Position numbers and translations under genes: made by a program. A stretch of 64,000 nt of DNA from Vicugna vicugna (taxonomy: Eukaryota), in NCBI GenBank assembly GCA_013265495.1, contig MU057576.1:468982-532981 (forward strand). The letters are read 5' to 3'. Under the pieces are notes generated by a model. The model was given only the letters and a program-made list of their open reading frames with translations, did not search any database and was not told where the DNA came from. Positions 52,601 through 64,000 of this stretch are shown here, one piece after another. Each line of letters begins with the position of its first letter. The stretch's first letter is position 1.

Positions 52601-55255
52601 CATCTTCTCTCTCTGACTCTTACGGCCACTTCAGCCCTTCCGTTTGGTGTTCTGGTGCCCCTGAAGCTTGCCCATTCCCCCATGCTCCAGTTCCCAGCTG
52701 TACCCTGTGTAAAGAACGAGGCTTCATCATTTAGCCCTCTCCTGTCTCTCTGTTGGGTCTTGTCCCTTAACATGCTTAAATATCTTCTACTTGTTATTTC
52801 TAAAACTTTACAGCCCTCTTCCTCAACCCTATACTCAGCTGTACAGAATACTCTCTATCCTGTTCAATCCAGGGTATTTCTGGCCCACTGCATTCCAGCG
52901 TCAGGCCCACCACAACCCTGATGCAGCCTTCTGCTCACCAGTGACCTCCTAGAGACCTAATCCAGTGAATGCTTGTGAGCCCTTATTCGTGACTTTCTTT
53001 TGACACTTGAGAATGCCCACCGCTCTCACCTTGAAACTGCCCCCTCGTTTAGCTTCTGTGACCCACCCCTCGTGGTTTACATCCTACCTCTCTGACCATT
53101 CCTTCATCTCTTGCTTGAGCTGCTCTTCCTCTGCTTCATCCTCTGCTCCTCCACTGTAAGTTGGACTTCAGGATTTTATCGTTGCCCCTTTCATCTTCTC
53201 ACTCCCCGAATTCTAAGCAAGTTCGTTCACACCCACGGTCTGAACTGGCACACCACCATCCTCCTGAATCTTAGACTTACCCACCTGACTCCTGAGGGGT
53301 GTTTCCTCGGAATGGTCCACAGGACTTCAACGCTCCCCATCACGGCTCAGGTGGATTCCCTTTGTGGCCTAACTAGTCATGTGAACTTTTTCCAGACACG
53401 TGGACTCTCTTACTTAAAAAACTCTTCTTTACCAGCTATTCTTTACCTTTCAAGCAGAATGTAAATTCATTTGTACATCACATCTGGTCTCTCTTAACCT
53501 GGCCCATACCTACCTCTCCGGCTTTACCTCCTGCCACCCTACCACACCCGCTGTTCCCCCCACTCATAATCCTAGGTGCTTGCAGTTCTCAAAATATGCC
53601 ATCCCCATAGTCTAGAATACTCCTCCCGCCCCTTCTCCACTGCACTGATTCCTACTCAAAGTTCAAATATTGGCCCCCACACCTACTGAGTTTATTAAGT
53701 TTGCTTATCTGGTGGTCTCTCCCACCAGACTCTGTGCTTCTTGAGAGCAGAGACTTTTACACTGATTCATCTTCAATGCCTAATAAAGGGCATAGTGTCT
53801 AGAAGTCATTTGAATAAAGTTCCCAAAGTGACAGTCCTACCTTTTCGGTATACCACTATCCTTTCTCATTCTCCAAAACAAACTTCCTCTCTTCTGCCTC
53901 CAGCTGCCCCTGGGTTTACTCGTCCTCCCGTCTGCGCAGAAGAAGCTGCCCTGCGTCGGGCCCTAGAACACGTGGATGGTGATCACAGCTCTCTGATACA
54001 GGTGTATGAAGCCTTTATACAGAGTGAGTGGCCCACTCGGCATCCTCTTACAGAATCCCAGATTTGCCAGAGGGATGCGGTGTGCAACCAGCTGACAGAT
54101 CTCTGTTCTGAAGAAGAGGAGGGGTTGGGTTCTCTTGGGGGATTCAAGGACTTTAGGTGCAGATGGTCCCTTTCCTCTCCTAGGTGGAGCAGACAAGGCG
54201 TGGTGCCAGGCTCGGGGTCTAAATTGGGCAGCATTGTGCCAAGCCCGTAAACTTCGGGGAGAACTCCTAGAACTCATGCAACGGATTGAACTTCCCTTAT
54301 CCCAGCCAGCCTTTGGCTCTGAGCAGAATCGCAGAGACCTCCAGAAAGCACTGGTGTCGGGTTACTTCCTTAAGGTTAGGGGAAGGAGCTGGGGTGAGGG
54401 TCATACAAGGAGCAGAAGGTAGAGGGAGCAAAGATTGGTATGTGTCACGTCTGAAATTGGGGTCCAGGTGACCATTCAAAGGATTCTTTAGAACCAGGAG
54501 AAACTTCTCCTTTGAGGAATGTGTGGCTGTGGAAATGCCATACTGTATGGTCGTAAGGTAGGGCTATGACAGTCTGCTAATTCTCATCACCCTTGCTAAT
54601 TCTTTCTCAACCTCCTTTTCTTTCTTCTACTGACCCTTCACTCTCACTTATTCCTTCAATATCTTTGCCTTTCAATGAGGTGGCCCGAGACACAGATGGG
54701 ACTGGAAATTACCTGCTCCTGACCCATAAGCATGTGGCCCAGCTCTCCCCAAACTGCTGCTACCGAAGCCGCAGGGCTCCCGCCAGACCGCCACCGTGGG
54801 TGATTTACTATAATTTCTCCATTTCCAAAGACAACTGCCTCTCCATTGTTTCTGAGATTCAACCACAAATGTGAGTTCCCTGACACCACACCCCAAACAG
54901 CACTGCCCATTCCTCTTCCTGGGGTCAAAATTACAGCTGGGGAGTTAGAGAGCCTTACAAAGAGAAAGGGATCTTACTGTTTGTAGTAACATATGATTTG
55001 AGGAGACAGGGTTTGTAGAAGGGGCAGTGAGAAATTTAACAAACTGCATTATAAGAGAAGATACAGAAAAATCATCTAATTATGACTCTCTCTGTCAGAC
55101 TGGTGGAATTGGCCCCTCCATACTTCCTGAGTAACTTGCCCGCTAGTGAGAGCAGAGACCTCCTGAACCAGCTGAGGGAAGAAATGGCAGATTCTTCAAC
55201 AGGACATGAATCTCCCTCCACCCAAGAACTTGGAGATGCCTGTGTCCTGCAGTGA
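49700..55255 (+). CDS. DQX1: DEAQ-box RNA-dependent ATPase 1, 719 aa
   Basis: Exons 49700-49936, 50180-50373, 50766-51150, 51475-51708, 51954-52053, 52159-52317, 52402-52593, 53904-54023, 54184-54374, 54680-54870, 55099-55255; 2160 nt, open; Walker [14 protein letters not shown] at 50842-50853, ends CVLQ*. Confidence 0.95.
51766..51902 (+). mobile_element. tRNA-derived SINE (vic-1-like) in a DQX1 intron
   Basis: Same consensus; 17-bp TSD AGAAATAGCCCACTCTC at 51749-51765 and 51903-51919. Confidence 0.9.
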
Positions 55256-56889
55256 CCTGTCTACGGAGTGAAGCTGAGCTCATCTCATCACACTAGATCC
55301 TCCCTCAGGCTAGCACCTAGGCAGCCAGTCAGATTTAAAAGCCCAGAGTTAAGGGTCAAATGTAAATACTGGAACCTGAGTCCCAAGAAATGGTAGGCCA
55401 GGAGTAGAGAGAATTGGGTAAGCCACAGTCTGTACAGGGTAGGACCACTTCCTTAGCCTTCTATTTATTTGAGAGGAACTGATATGCCTCCATATCCCCA
55501 ACTTATGCCAAACCCATCCTATGCTCCCTTTTGGTCTATAAAAGTTCTTTTTCTATGGTGCCCAACTTGAGTTTGGTTTTGCAGCAGCATTTATAATATC
55601 TATGAGTTAGAGATGACACAGTACAAAAGACTTAGGGTCAACTGCAACAGTGATGTCCTCTTGCCTGGTTCCCATCTCTGGTTAAGCCTTTGTGCTATGA
55701 CTGACCTAGCTGTCATTAACATGGAACATGAGTAGTTTGACTACAGTTGGCCTCTGACCCTACCTAAAGCTCACTCCCCTCTATCATACTGCTCTTGCCT
55801 ACAGGGGAGGCAGACAAAATCTTCCCTCTTGTCTTCATACAACTTCAGTCCTCTCCTTCCTAAACCTCAGGGCTATGGCAACTATACCCAGCCTCTCAAC
55901 TTTCCATCAACAGGCTTCCCGGCAGCGCCTGGCCCACCGAACCAGCTCAAGTTTTTCTAGCAACTCCAGGCACATCATGCTTTTCTCTTTCCAGCTGGGT
56001 TATTCCTTTCCCTTTTCTTCCCTCGGACTAGTGACTTTGATATCCTCAATCATCTTGCATGTTGTAAATGTGTTTATAAAAATTGGTGGAAAGAAACATT
56101 TAATCCTTAGAACTCTGCTTTTCTTCTCAGAATTTCCTCCCTTAGACATTCTGTCTGTTCTCATCATTCCATCTAACTATGCCTCTATGTGGATGTCGGC
56201 ATTTTTCCAGAATTTACTCTCTAGGTCTAACATTTAGTTTTGCCTGCAGAGTTCATCTTGATCCTATCTTCCCAATTTCCCCTTCATCATACACAACATC
56301 GTTGATTTCTTGATCCTTTACATTTCCAACCTTGTAATTATCTTTGATTATTTTTAGGCCTGTCACTTCCTAATTACTTGCCGAATTCGGCTCACCCTAA
56401 CACCACTGGGCCCATTAACTTTGTCCATTGCTTTCCGCCCCGCCTTCCCTCTCTGTCTCCGAGGGACACCAGAGCCAGATTAGTGTTCCTAGATTTTCTC
56501 TTCATTGGGTGTTTAAGTATCCGTCTCGCCTGCCACCCAGGCGCACTGTTAGGCCCAAGTGGGAGGACATAGTCAGCAGGTTAAACACACATGGACAACA
56601 TGAGGCTCAAAGTCCAGAAGGAATCCTTAGCGATTATTTAACAGTTGATGGATGGATGCCCAGCGTGGATAACTCTCTGGTTCCTGTCAGTCAGTCAGAC
56701 TGTCGGTCTCCAGCACCTCCTCCATTACTCTGCTGTTGTTGGCGTCTTCCTTCCTTCCTTTACGATCTGGTACAGTCCCAGCCCGCGGGGGCTGCAGCCG
56801 CCCCATCCCAGCGGTGCGTGTAACCTGCTCCAGCCCTCCGAACTCCAGCTCCGACCCACCCACAGAAGGAGCCGGAGTCCCTCGAGAGA

Positions 56890-57038
56890 GAGCAGCCATT
56901 GGCCAGCCTACCCCACCTCCCCGCACCTCATTGGCTGCCGTACTTCAGGTCCCGCCCCCTCAGCGGGTTCCAGCAGCCGGGCCAACAGTGGAAGTGAAAA
57001 ATGGCGGGAAAGGCCGCGTTTCTGCGCTCCAGGTAACG
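56890..57038 (+). promoter_or_regulatory. Candidate antisense promoter and first exon downstream of the TLX2 stop
   Basis: ATTGG x2 (56898, 56930), CCCGCCCC 56951, GGAAGTG 56990, AAAATGGCGG about 56998, GGCGGGAAA 57003, donor CAG|GTAACG at 57032/57033. Confidence 0.5.
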
Positions 57039-57235
57039 GCTCAATGCTGGCCTGGGAGCCCGCGGTGGCTGAGGAGCCCTCGACGGTAGCCTCAAGGCCA
57101 GCTCCTCCTCACACGCTCCACTGCCGCGGGACCGCCACGTGGGCGGCCGTGCGCTCCAAGGCCCTGGGCCCGGCGCTCCACGCCGCGCCTCGGTCCGGAA
57201 AAGAGCGCTCGGCCGGTCAGTCAGTCAGGCGTCGC

Positions 57236-58642
57236 TCACACCACCGAGGCGAGCCCGGACACGGAAGCCACCTTGTTGTCCTCGGCCCAGGGCTGCAGGT
57301 TCTGCAGCGCGAAGAGCGACGAGTTGTGCAGGCAGAGCGGGTCCGGGGGCAGCGGCGGCCGCAGCGGTCGCGGTAGCGCGTCCTGCTGCAGGTGCAGAAG
57401 CAGCCGGCCCGCGCGGTGCCGCTCCGCCTCGCGCTCCTCGGCCGTCTGGCGCCTGGGCGGGCGGAGACGCGGGGTCAGCGAGGCCGGCCCTCGCCCGCCC
57501 CGCGCCGCGCCTCACCGCCACTTGGCCCGGCCCGGTCCCTCGCCCACCCCGCGCCTCACCGCCACTTGGTGCGCCGGTTCTGGAACCACGTCTTGACCTG
57601 CGCGTCAGTCATGCGCAAGGCCTTGGCCAGCGCCGCCCTCTCGGCCGAGGCCAGGTACTTCTGGCGCAGGAAGCGCCGCTCCAGCTCCAGCACCTGCGAG
57701 CGGGAGAAAGACGTGCGCGGCTTCTTCCGCTTCGGGGGCGTCCGGTTTTGGTAGGGGTGACCTATACGGCGCGTCCCGGAGAAGGGCGAGAGCGCGGCTA
57801 CAGGGAGGAAGAAAGCAAGGCAGGGTTTTCGGGGCGGCCCGAGGTGTCACTGAGACGAGAGCATGGCTGCGCAGGCCGCAGAGCTCCCGCACCGCGTCCC
57901 TACCCCTGCCCCAAGCTCGGCCCCCCGAATCAGTAGAGGCTTCCAGATGAGAAAGGGCCTCGGAAACGCCCCCCACCTTGGGTGAGGGAGAGACGTCCCG
58001 GTAACTTCACCCTGCCCTCCCGGCGGTGTGGACAGCGGACTGCAGAGGAGGGCGCGGGTGTCGACGGCAGCTACCTCCCCAGCGCCTCTCAGCAGTGGGA
58101 CCAAGAGATACAAGTTGAGGGAAGATCCCCTGGGATGAGGAGCGGAGGGTATGAAAGGGGACCTTGAGTTGGAGCAGAAGGATCAAAGATGAGGAAACCG
58201 GGTCAGTGTGGGCAGGATGCTGGAGGGATTGGGCAACCTTACCCGTGAGCCGGTCCTTGGCATAGCGGCGGCCGCTGTCCATCCAAGGAAAGGTGAGTCC
58301 CGCTAGGCCCCCGGCGCCGCCCAAGCCTGAGGGCCCAGGAACCGCAGGCGCGCCTCCCGCGGGCGGCTGCACTGGCAGCGGGCGGTGCGCTGGGACGCGG
58401 ATCACGCCTCCCGGGCCCACACCAGAGCTGCCTGGTAGCGGGGTCAGCGAGCCCGCGGGGCCGTAGCTCGAGGCTCCGTGAAATCCACCCGAGAACGCCG
58501 CACTCTCCCCATGGCCCTGGCCGGCGCGACCCAGGCCTAGGCCGCTCCCGGGGGGTTCCGGGCAGCTCAGGATCTGATCGATGCCGAAGCTGATTGGCTC
58601 GTGGTGAGGGAGGTTGTGCGATGCCAGCACCGCCGGCTCCAT
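57236..58642 (-). CDS. TLX2: T-cell leukemia homeobox 2 (Ncx/Hox11L1), 284 aa
   Basis: Exons 58642-58243 (eh1 FGIDQIL, FPWM hexapeptide), 57797-57560 (homeodomain RKKPRTSFS...[12 protein letters not shown]), 57452-57236 (ends GLASVV*); 855 nt. Confidence 0.97.
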
Positions 58643-60260
58643 GGGTCCGGGTCAAGGAGGACTGCAAGAGGTTTGGCGGTTGGGGACTGCGCCCAAACAG
58701 CTCTGGTGCCCAGCAGCGGAGCTCTCCGGGCGGTGGCCTCAGGGGCCCGCGGGGCTGGCCGCGGAGAGGCGCCGGGGCCCCCAGGACATCTTCATCCCTG
58801 TGTGCTGGGAGTTACCGCGCCCGTGCCGGCCTCTGCCGGGCGTCGGCTGAGGAACTCGCATCCCGGGGGAGCGCGACTGACCGGGGCCCCAGGAGCGCCC
58901 TTCCTAGCTTTGAAGTGAAGGTGGACGCTGGGCTGCTGGGGCCTCTGCCTGAGTCCGAGGTGGAGAGGGTTAGCCGGCTCCGGCTGGGGCTGTGACTGAC
59001 AGATCAGCCTTGGGTGGGCAGTCGGGGCTGGGGGTAGGGCAGGGGCGGGGCCGGTCCCGTTAAAGGGGAAGAGACTCCTGTTTGCGCCCAGCGCGGGGAA
59101 GACTGGCCCGCGGGAACGGTGGGAGTGTTGTGGGGGGGAGGTGGCGATGGTGTTTTGAACCAGGCTATGCACGGGAGGGGCCCGAGCTTGGGCCATTGAG
59201 CGCTGAGTCAGCCGAGATGCGCAAGGCAACTCCATCCTCGCTGGCTTCTGTCTTTGGGCTTCCTCGGCCTCACCGACTTCAGCAGGTGCCTCGTCCCACT
59301 GCCCCCACTCTTCGCCTCCCGATGGGTCCTGCCTGACGACTCTCAGATTCGTTGTGGCCCCCGCCTAAACGCTCTTGGAGACTAAATCTCGTTGTGACTT
59401 TCTGGCTGCGATGGAAAGTGGCTAGGGAACGGCACCGGCGAGTTGGAGGCCCGGAAAGAGGACAAGTGTGGGAAGGCGGTGGCAGAGCGTCTGGTGGGCT
59501 AGGGCGGGGAACAACTGCTCTGAGCCAGTGATCCTGGTGCACATCCCGGCCTCTCCCGTAGGGCCCCTAGCTCCTTACGGGAGCGTCAGTAATGGGTGCC
59601 CAGTGTTTCTTAGAATTTTGATTTTCTGAAATCGGTGTAAAAAGGACCAGTGGCTGAACCGGGTCAACTCATGTCGGTGAGGACTTGGGGCTGGCGTTCA
59701 GCCCCCGAATGGGGACGACCAACGCAAGACTCTGCCCCTGTGCCTAGGAAGTCTATTCTCACACACTCTGGCCCCTCCAAAGACGGGAGGACGAAATCGC
59801 CACAGGCGACATGTGGGACCTCACCGAAGTCTTCAGAGGATCCCAACCGCCTCATTTAGCATAGATGCTTCACCCCACCCAAGCCCAGGAAACCGTGCCT
59901 GGAGCGTGTCAGAGAAGGGAGGTAGGGAAAGACGAAGCCGCTCGGTGACCTTGTGACCTCTGGCTGCGGACCCAGGAGCTGAGAGTGTGTGAACTCTGCA
60001 TCCTTCCCCGGAATGGGACCCCGGGCCGGCCGGGCCCCTGCGCCTTAGACCCGCCCCTGCCGCCACCCGGCCCGGTGCAGGCCGCCATAATCGGGTTAGC
60101 TGGGTCGGAATTACATTACCTTCCCCGGCCCGCCCCGGCCCTGGGATGGGGGGTTGGGGGGGCTGGCGCCTCCGAGCCGGTGAGACTGGGCGCCTGGAGG
60201 GGGATGTTCCTACCATCCCTTGGAGGGTGGGCACCGAGGAGCAGCTTGGCCTGCGTCAGA
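58643..60260 (-). promoter_or_regulatory. TLX2 5'UTR/promoter CpG island and upstream element
   Basis: CpG-rich; TGACTGACAG 58993-59002 (PBX-MEIS/PREP-type), GC box 59042-59050, TAAT cluster 60088-60118. Confidence 0.65.
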
Positions 60261-63200
60261 CACGTGGTTCCCAAAGGACCCCCGCCCCTGTGCCAGCCCT
60301 AGCCCCTCAACCCCAACCCACTCTGGTGCCGTGGTCCAGGCTGCCCGATACCCTTGTGAGCCAAAATGCCTTCTGAGGCTAGTGGATAGGTCTCCCTGGG
60401 AGCACGGATCTTCCGGTTCATTCTCCAGGGTTTCCCAGGAAAAACTCTGCCCCTCCTTTCTCCCCAGCAGATGGGCTGGCAGCCTGGCGCCTAGGGCAGT
60501 GTAAGGGGTCTTTTCTCTCCAGGGAACCAAGAATGATATTTGGGCATCTGGGCAGGAAGAAAGAGAAGAGAAAGAAGGCAGTGGGGTTTCTCCCCACACA
60601 AAGCCAGCAGTCCCTCAGTGTTCTCAAAGCTTCAGTTTGAAGGGGGTGAATGATGGGGGAGGGAGGGGTGAACATTAATAATATGTGACATCCTCCCCCA
60701 ACCTTGTCCACCTCCATCATCCAGTTTCTCCAGCCCTTTCCCCTTCCTACCAACAGCCACCTTCTGAAAGGGGTGGGGGTCCTACCACGTTGGCAGCTGT
60801 TTCTGGTGAAGAAGATGTCTCCTCCCCTAAGCCTTCACAGAACTCCAAGCACCTTTTCTTTGCAGCAGTGGAGGGGCTGAGGCTACTAGGGAGCATGAGT
60901 CCCCTGCCGCTCAGGTAAACACTTCGGAGGTATCATGGGCTAGATTCCCCCAGATGAGACCAGAGAGCCTAGGAAGACAGTGAAGTAAATAAAGTATCCG
61001 AAGAGGGGCTGGCCTGCATGTTAGGAGTTTGCCATTCCCTTTTCCCACTCTAGCGGTGGGCCTCTGGTTAGACAGATTGGAGGCACTCATGTGTCTCCAA
61101 TCAAGCTGAATAAATCCTTCTCAAATGAATCAGTGACTGAACCAATGAAGGGGAAAAAGGCAGCATCGTGCAGACCTGTATGTCTGCTTACTGTACATCC
61201 TACCTTTCGAGGTCAGCACAGATGGCACTGCCACCCAGAGATTGCCCAAATGATTGATTCCTGGAGGAGAATGGTCACAAACCCAGTAATACACATCTTC
61301 TGAGGAATATATATATATATACATTGCTCCACTTCAAGGCCAAAAGGTATCCAGTTCTGTCAACCACAGTCCTAGGAATTTCTCTGCTTGCCTCTTCCTT
61401 GCTGATTTCCTGATTCTCTGAAAAGGATGGTTCCTGCTAGTTTATGTTGATGATGGAGGCTCTGGGGTCAGCACCATTACCTCCCATACACACTGCCTTG
61501 GATCCATCTCACTATATCCTTCCTACATGCACATGGCCACTCAAGTCGTCAAGTTTTCATGCCTTCAAACCGCAGCTTCACAGGGAGAGGCCATGTTCCC
61601 AGCCTGTGCTCCCGCATCTTCTCTTCCTTTCTGCTCTTGGTCTGGTGTCTTTCCCTCGAGATGGTCCCAATTCTTGTATCATCATTTCTTTCATCAACTT
61701 AGTCCTTCCTACCCACAACTGTTTTAGGTCTATATTATCTGAACAAAGTCTTTGCCTAACTCTTTAAGAGAAATTATTTTTTTCTTTTTCCCTTTTACTG
61801 CCCATACCCACGGCCTCCCTTTCCTCATTATTTATTCTTTTCACCCACTGCAAGCTGGCTTCACTACGTGGACCCTTTCTCAGAGAGCTCCAGTGTCCGG
61901 TGTCTATTATCCGGAACTTCTCTGAAACAGTTTTTGTTGTTGCTGACCATCAACTATTTCTTAAAATGTCCCTTCTTTTAGCTTCTGTAATATTTGTCTT
62001 ATTCTACATCTTTAGACATTTACAGTCAATGCTTATGTTTTCCCTCCAGTGACTTTTCTTCTTCCACTGAAGACTGTGAACATTCTTCAGAGCTCAGACT
62101 TCAGCTTTACCCATCTCTACATCCGTTCAGGTTTCACCCACTCCAATAGTTCCATCTATTACATTTACCCACAAAACTCTCAGACCTCTGTCCCTGGTTC
62201 TGACATTTGCTGTACTCCACCCCACCATTCTTGTTTTCAGGCCAGCTCCATCTGCTTTTGCTGTAGCCACCTTAAGTGCAAAAGGCTGGAGGACATGCTT
62301 CCCCTCAAGCTCCTTATTCACTTCCTCTTATTATTCTTTTCTTTGAAATGTTTCATCTGTAGCCCTTCCTTTCCATTTCCAGAGATAAAAAGGCTAATGT
62401 AGGCCATCATTACCACCATCACCTACATGCATATATTCATCCAGAAAATTTTGATTGAACACCTACTTTGTGCCTGGCACTGGAGATACAGCTGTAAATG
62501 CAACAACAATCACTGCCATTGAGCAGTTTACATTCTAGTGGGGAAGGCAGGTGAAAAACAAGAAAATATATAAAACATGCTTAATAATAAAAATGCTAAT
62601 AAAAAATAAAGCAAGGAAGGGGAAGAAGAAGTGTAAGAGTGGGGAATTATGATTTATCTAGACTGATCACAGAAGGCCTCATGGAGTAAAAACCAAAAGG
62701 AAGAAAATGACCATTTGGATATCTGAGCATTTCAAGTTGGAGACACAGTGGGAATATATCCTAGTGTATCTGTGGGACAAACAGTGAGGGATCCAGTGTG
62801 GCTGGAGAGACGCAGTGACTGCAAGAGACCATGAAAGGCCTTGACCGCTGTAAGGAGTTGGGTTTTTATTCTAATTGAAAAGGGAAGCTATTGCAAGGTT
62901 TTAAACAGAAAAGTAAGGCAACTTATTTTCAAATTTTATTTTAAACAGCTTCCTTAAGGTAAAATACATACAATAATCTATATATATTTAAAGTGTACAG
63001 TTTGATAAGTTGACATGTTTACACCCATGAAGTCATCAACATAATCAAGATAATAAATATCCATCAACTGAAAAGCTTTCCTTGTATCCTTTTTTATATG
63101 TTTTTACCAGAATCACTCTGAGCTGCTACGTTGAGTATAAGCTAAAGAGGGGTAAAAAAGGAGGCAAGATGCCACTGTAATTATCCAGAAGAGAGGTGAT

Positions 63201-64000
63201 GGCATCTCGGACCAGGGAGATAAGCAGTGGCTATAGTGAGAAGTAGCTGATTAAAAACTCACTAAACTTGTAACTTCCTGCTGCTTATCCACTCTAATTC
63301 ACTCTGAAGACAAACGAACAAATATGTTTCTTTCATAGGATAACTCCCTCCCTACAAAAACGTATTTTAGTTACATAGTGCCCTGAGGCTATAGTCCCAA
63401 TTCCGTTAGGCCCTGCTGCTTCGATCCCTACTCTCAAATCTACATCTTGGCCTCCTTATATTCCCGCTCCTTTCATTCCCCTCCACTTTGCCTTTCTTTT
63501 CTATTCCCACCACACTTCTCACCCCTACCCGCACCCCTAGTCTCTAAATTTTACCCACACAAATCCCACTTCCTCCTGAAAGTCTTTCAGGGTCTCTACT
63601 GGGATCTCTCCTTTCTTGAGTCTCCAATTGCACTTGATGTTAATACTTCATAGTAATCTTACCTCTTTTTTTTTTTTGACTCATAGTAATCTTACCCTTG
63701 TTTTGTTTTGTCTCGTTTTCTAATCTCTCTTTTGCCCAGGGACATCGATGTACCAGCTCTAGGGCCCCGACGTCCTCCCCAAGTACAAGACTGGGCCTAT
63801 GCTACTGCAGAAGCTCTCTGCCTCAGCGTGTCTGTGTGCGGTAGTGTCCTAGCCGCCCTCCCCTCCTTCTTGGGCATCTGCTCTGCATTAGTCTGTCCCA
63901 GGCCTCCGCAGGCGCCGGTGATTGAATCATCATCATTAACCAGGGCCTGCCCCCCCTGCCCCAATTCTCGGCGGCAGCGGGGAGGAAGGGGCGGGGGTAA

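Noticed and set aside
56645..57936. 243-aa and 265-aa + strand ORFs antisense to TLX2
   Set aside because: GC-rich shadow frames with non-ATG starts; only the promoter/mini-exon signature was kept as a finding.

Overview
Mammalian genomic DNA, not prokaryotic. It is the conserved gene-dense block orthologous to human 2p13.1, read in the opposite orientation: 3' part of M1AP (+), DOK1 (-), LOXL3 (+), HTRA2 (-), AUP1 (+), DQX1 (+) and TLX2 (-), ending where PCGF1 would be expected by synteny. All coding exons could be traced by hand with consistent splice phases. Seven copies of a tRNA-derived SINE resembling camelid vic-1 suggest a camel/alpaca/llama genome (inference). I see no clear undescribed multi-gene system. 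The best leads are: (1) a promoter-plus-first-exon signature in the TLX2 3' region pointing antisense, with a matching strong acceptor near the window end; (2) a TGG>TGA stop that removes the last 21 residues of DOK1; (3) an in-frame 57-nt polybasic cassette exon in LOXL3 intron 4; (4) loss of the HTRA2 AVPS IAP-binding motif; (5) a duplicated splice donor in TLX2 intron 2; (6) a U6/L1 chimeric retrocopy, a 3'UTR retrocopy and naked poly(A) insertions, all with target-site duplications (TSDs). Comparisons with human proteins are from memory and need alignment to confirm.
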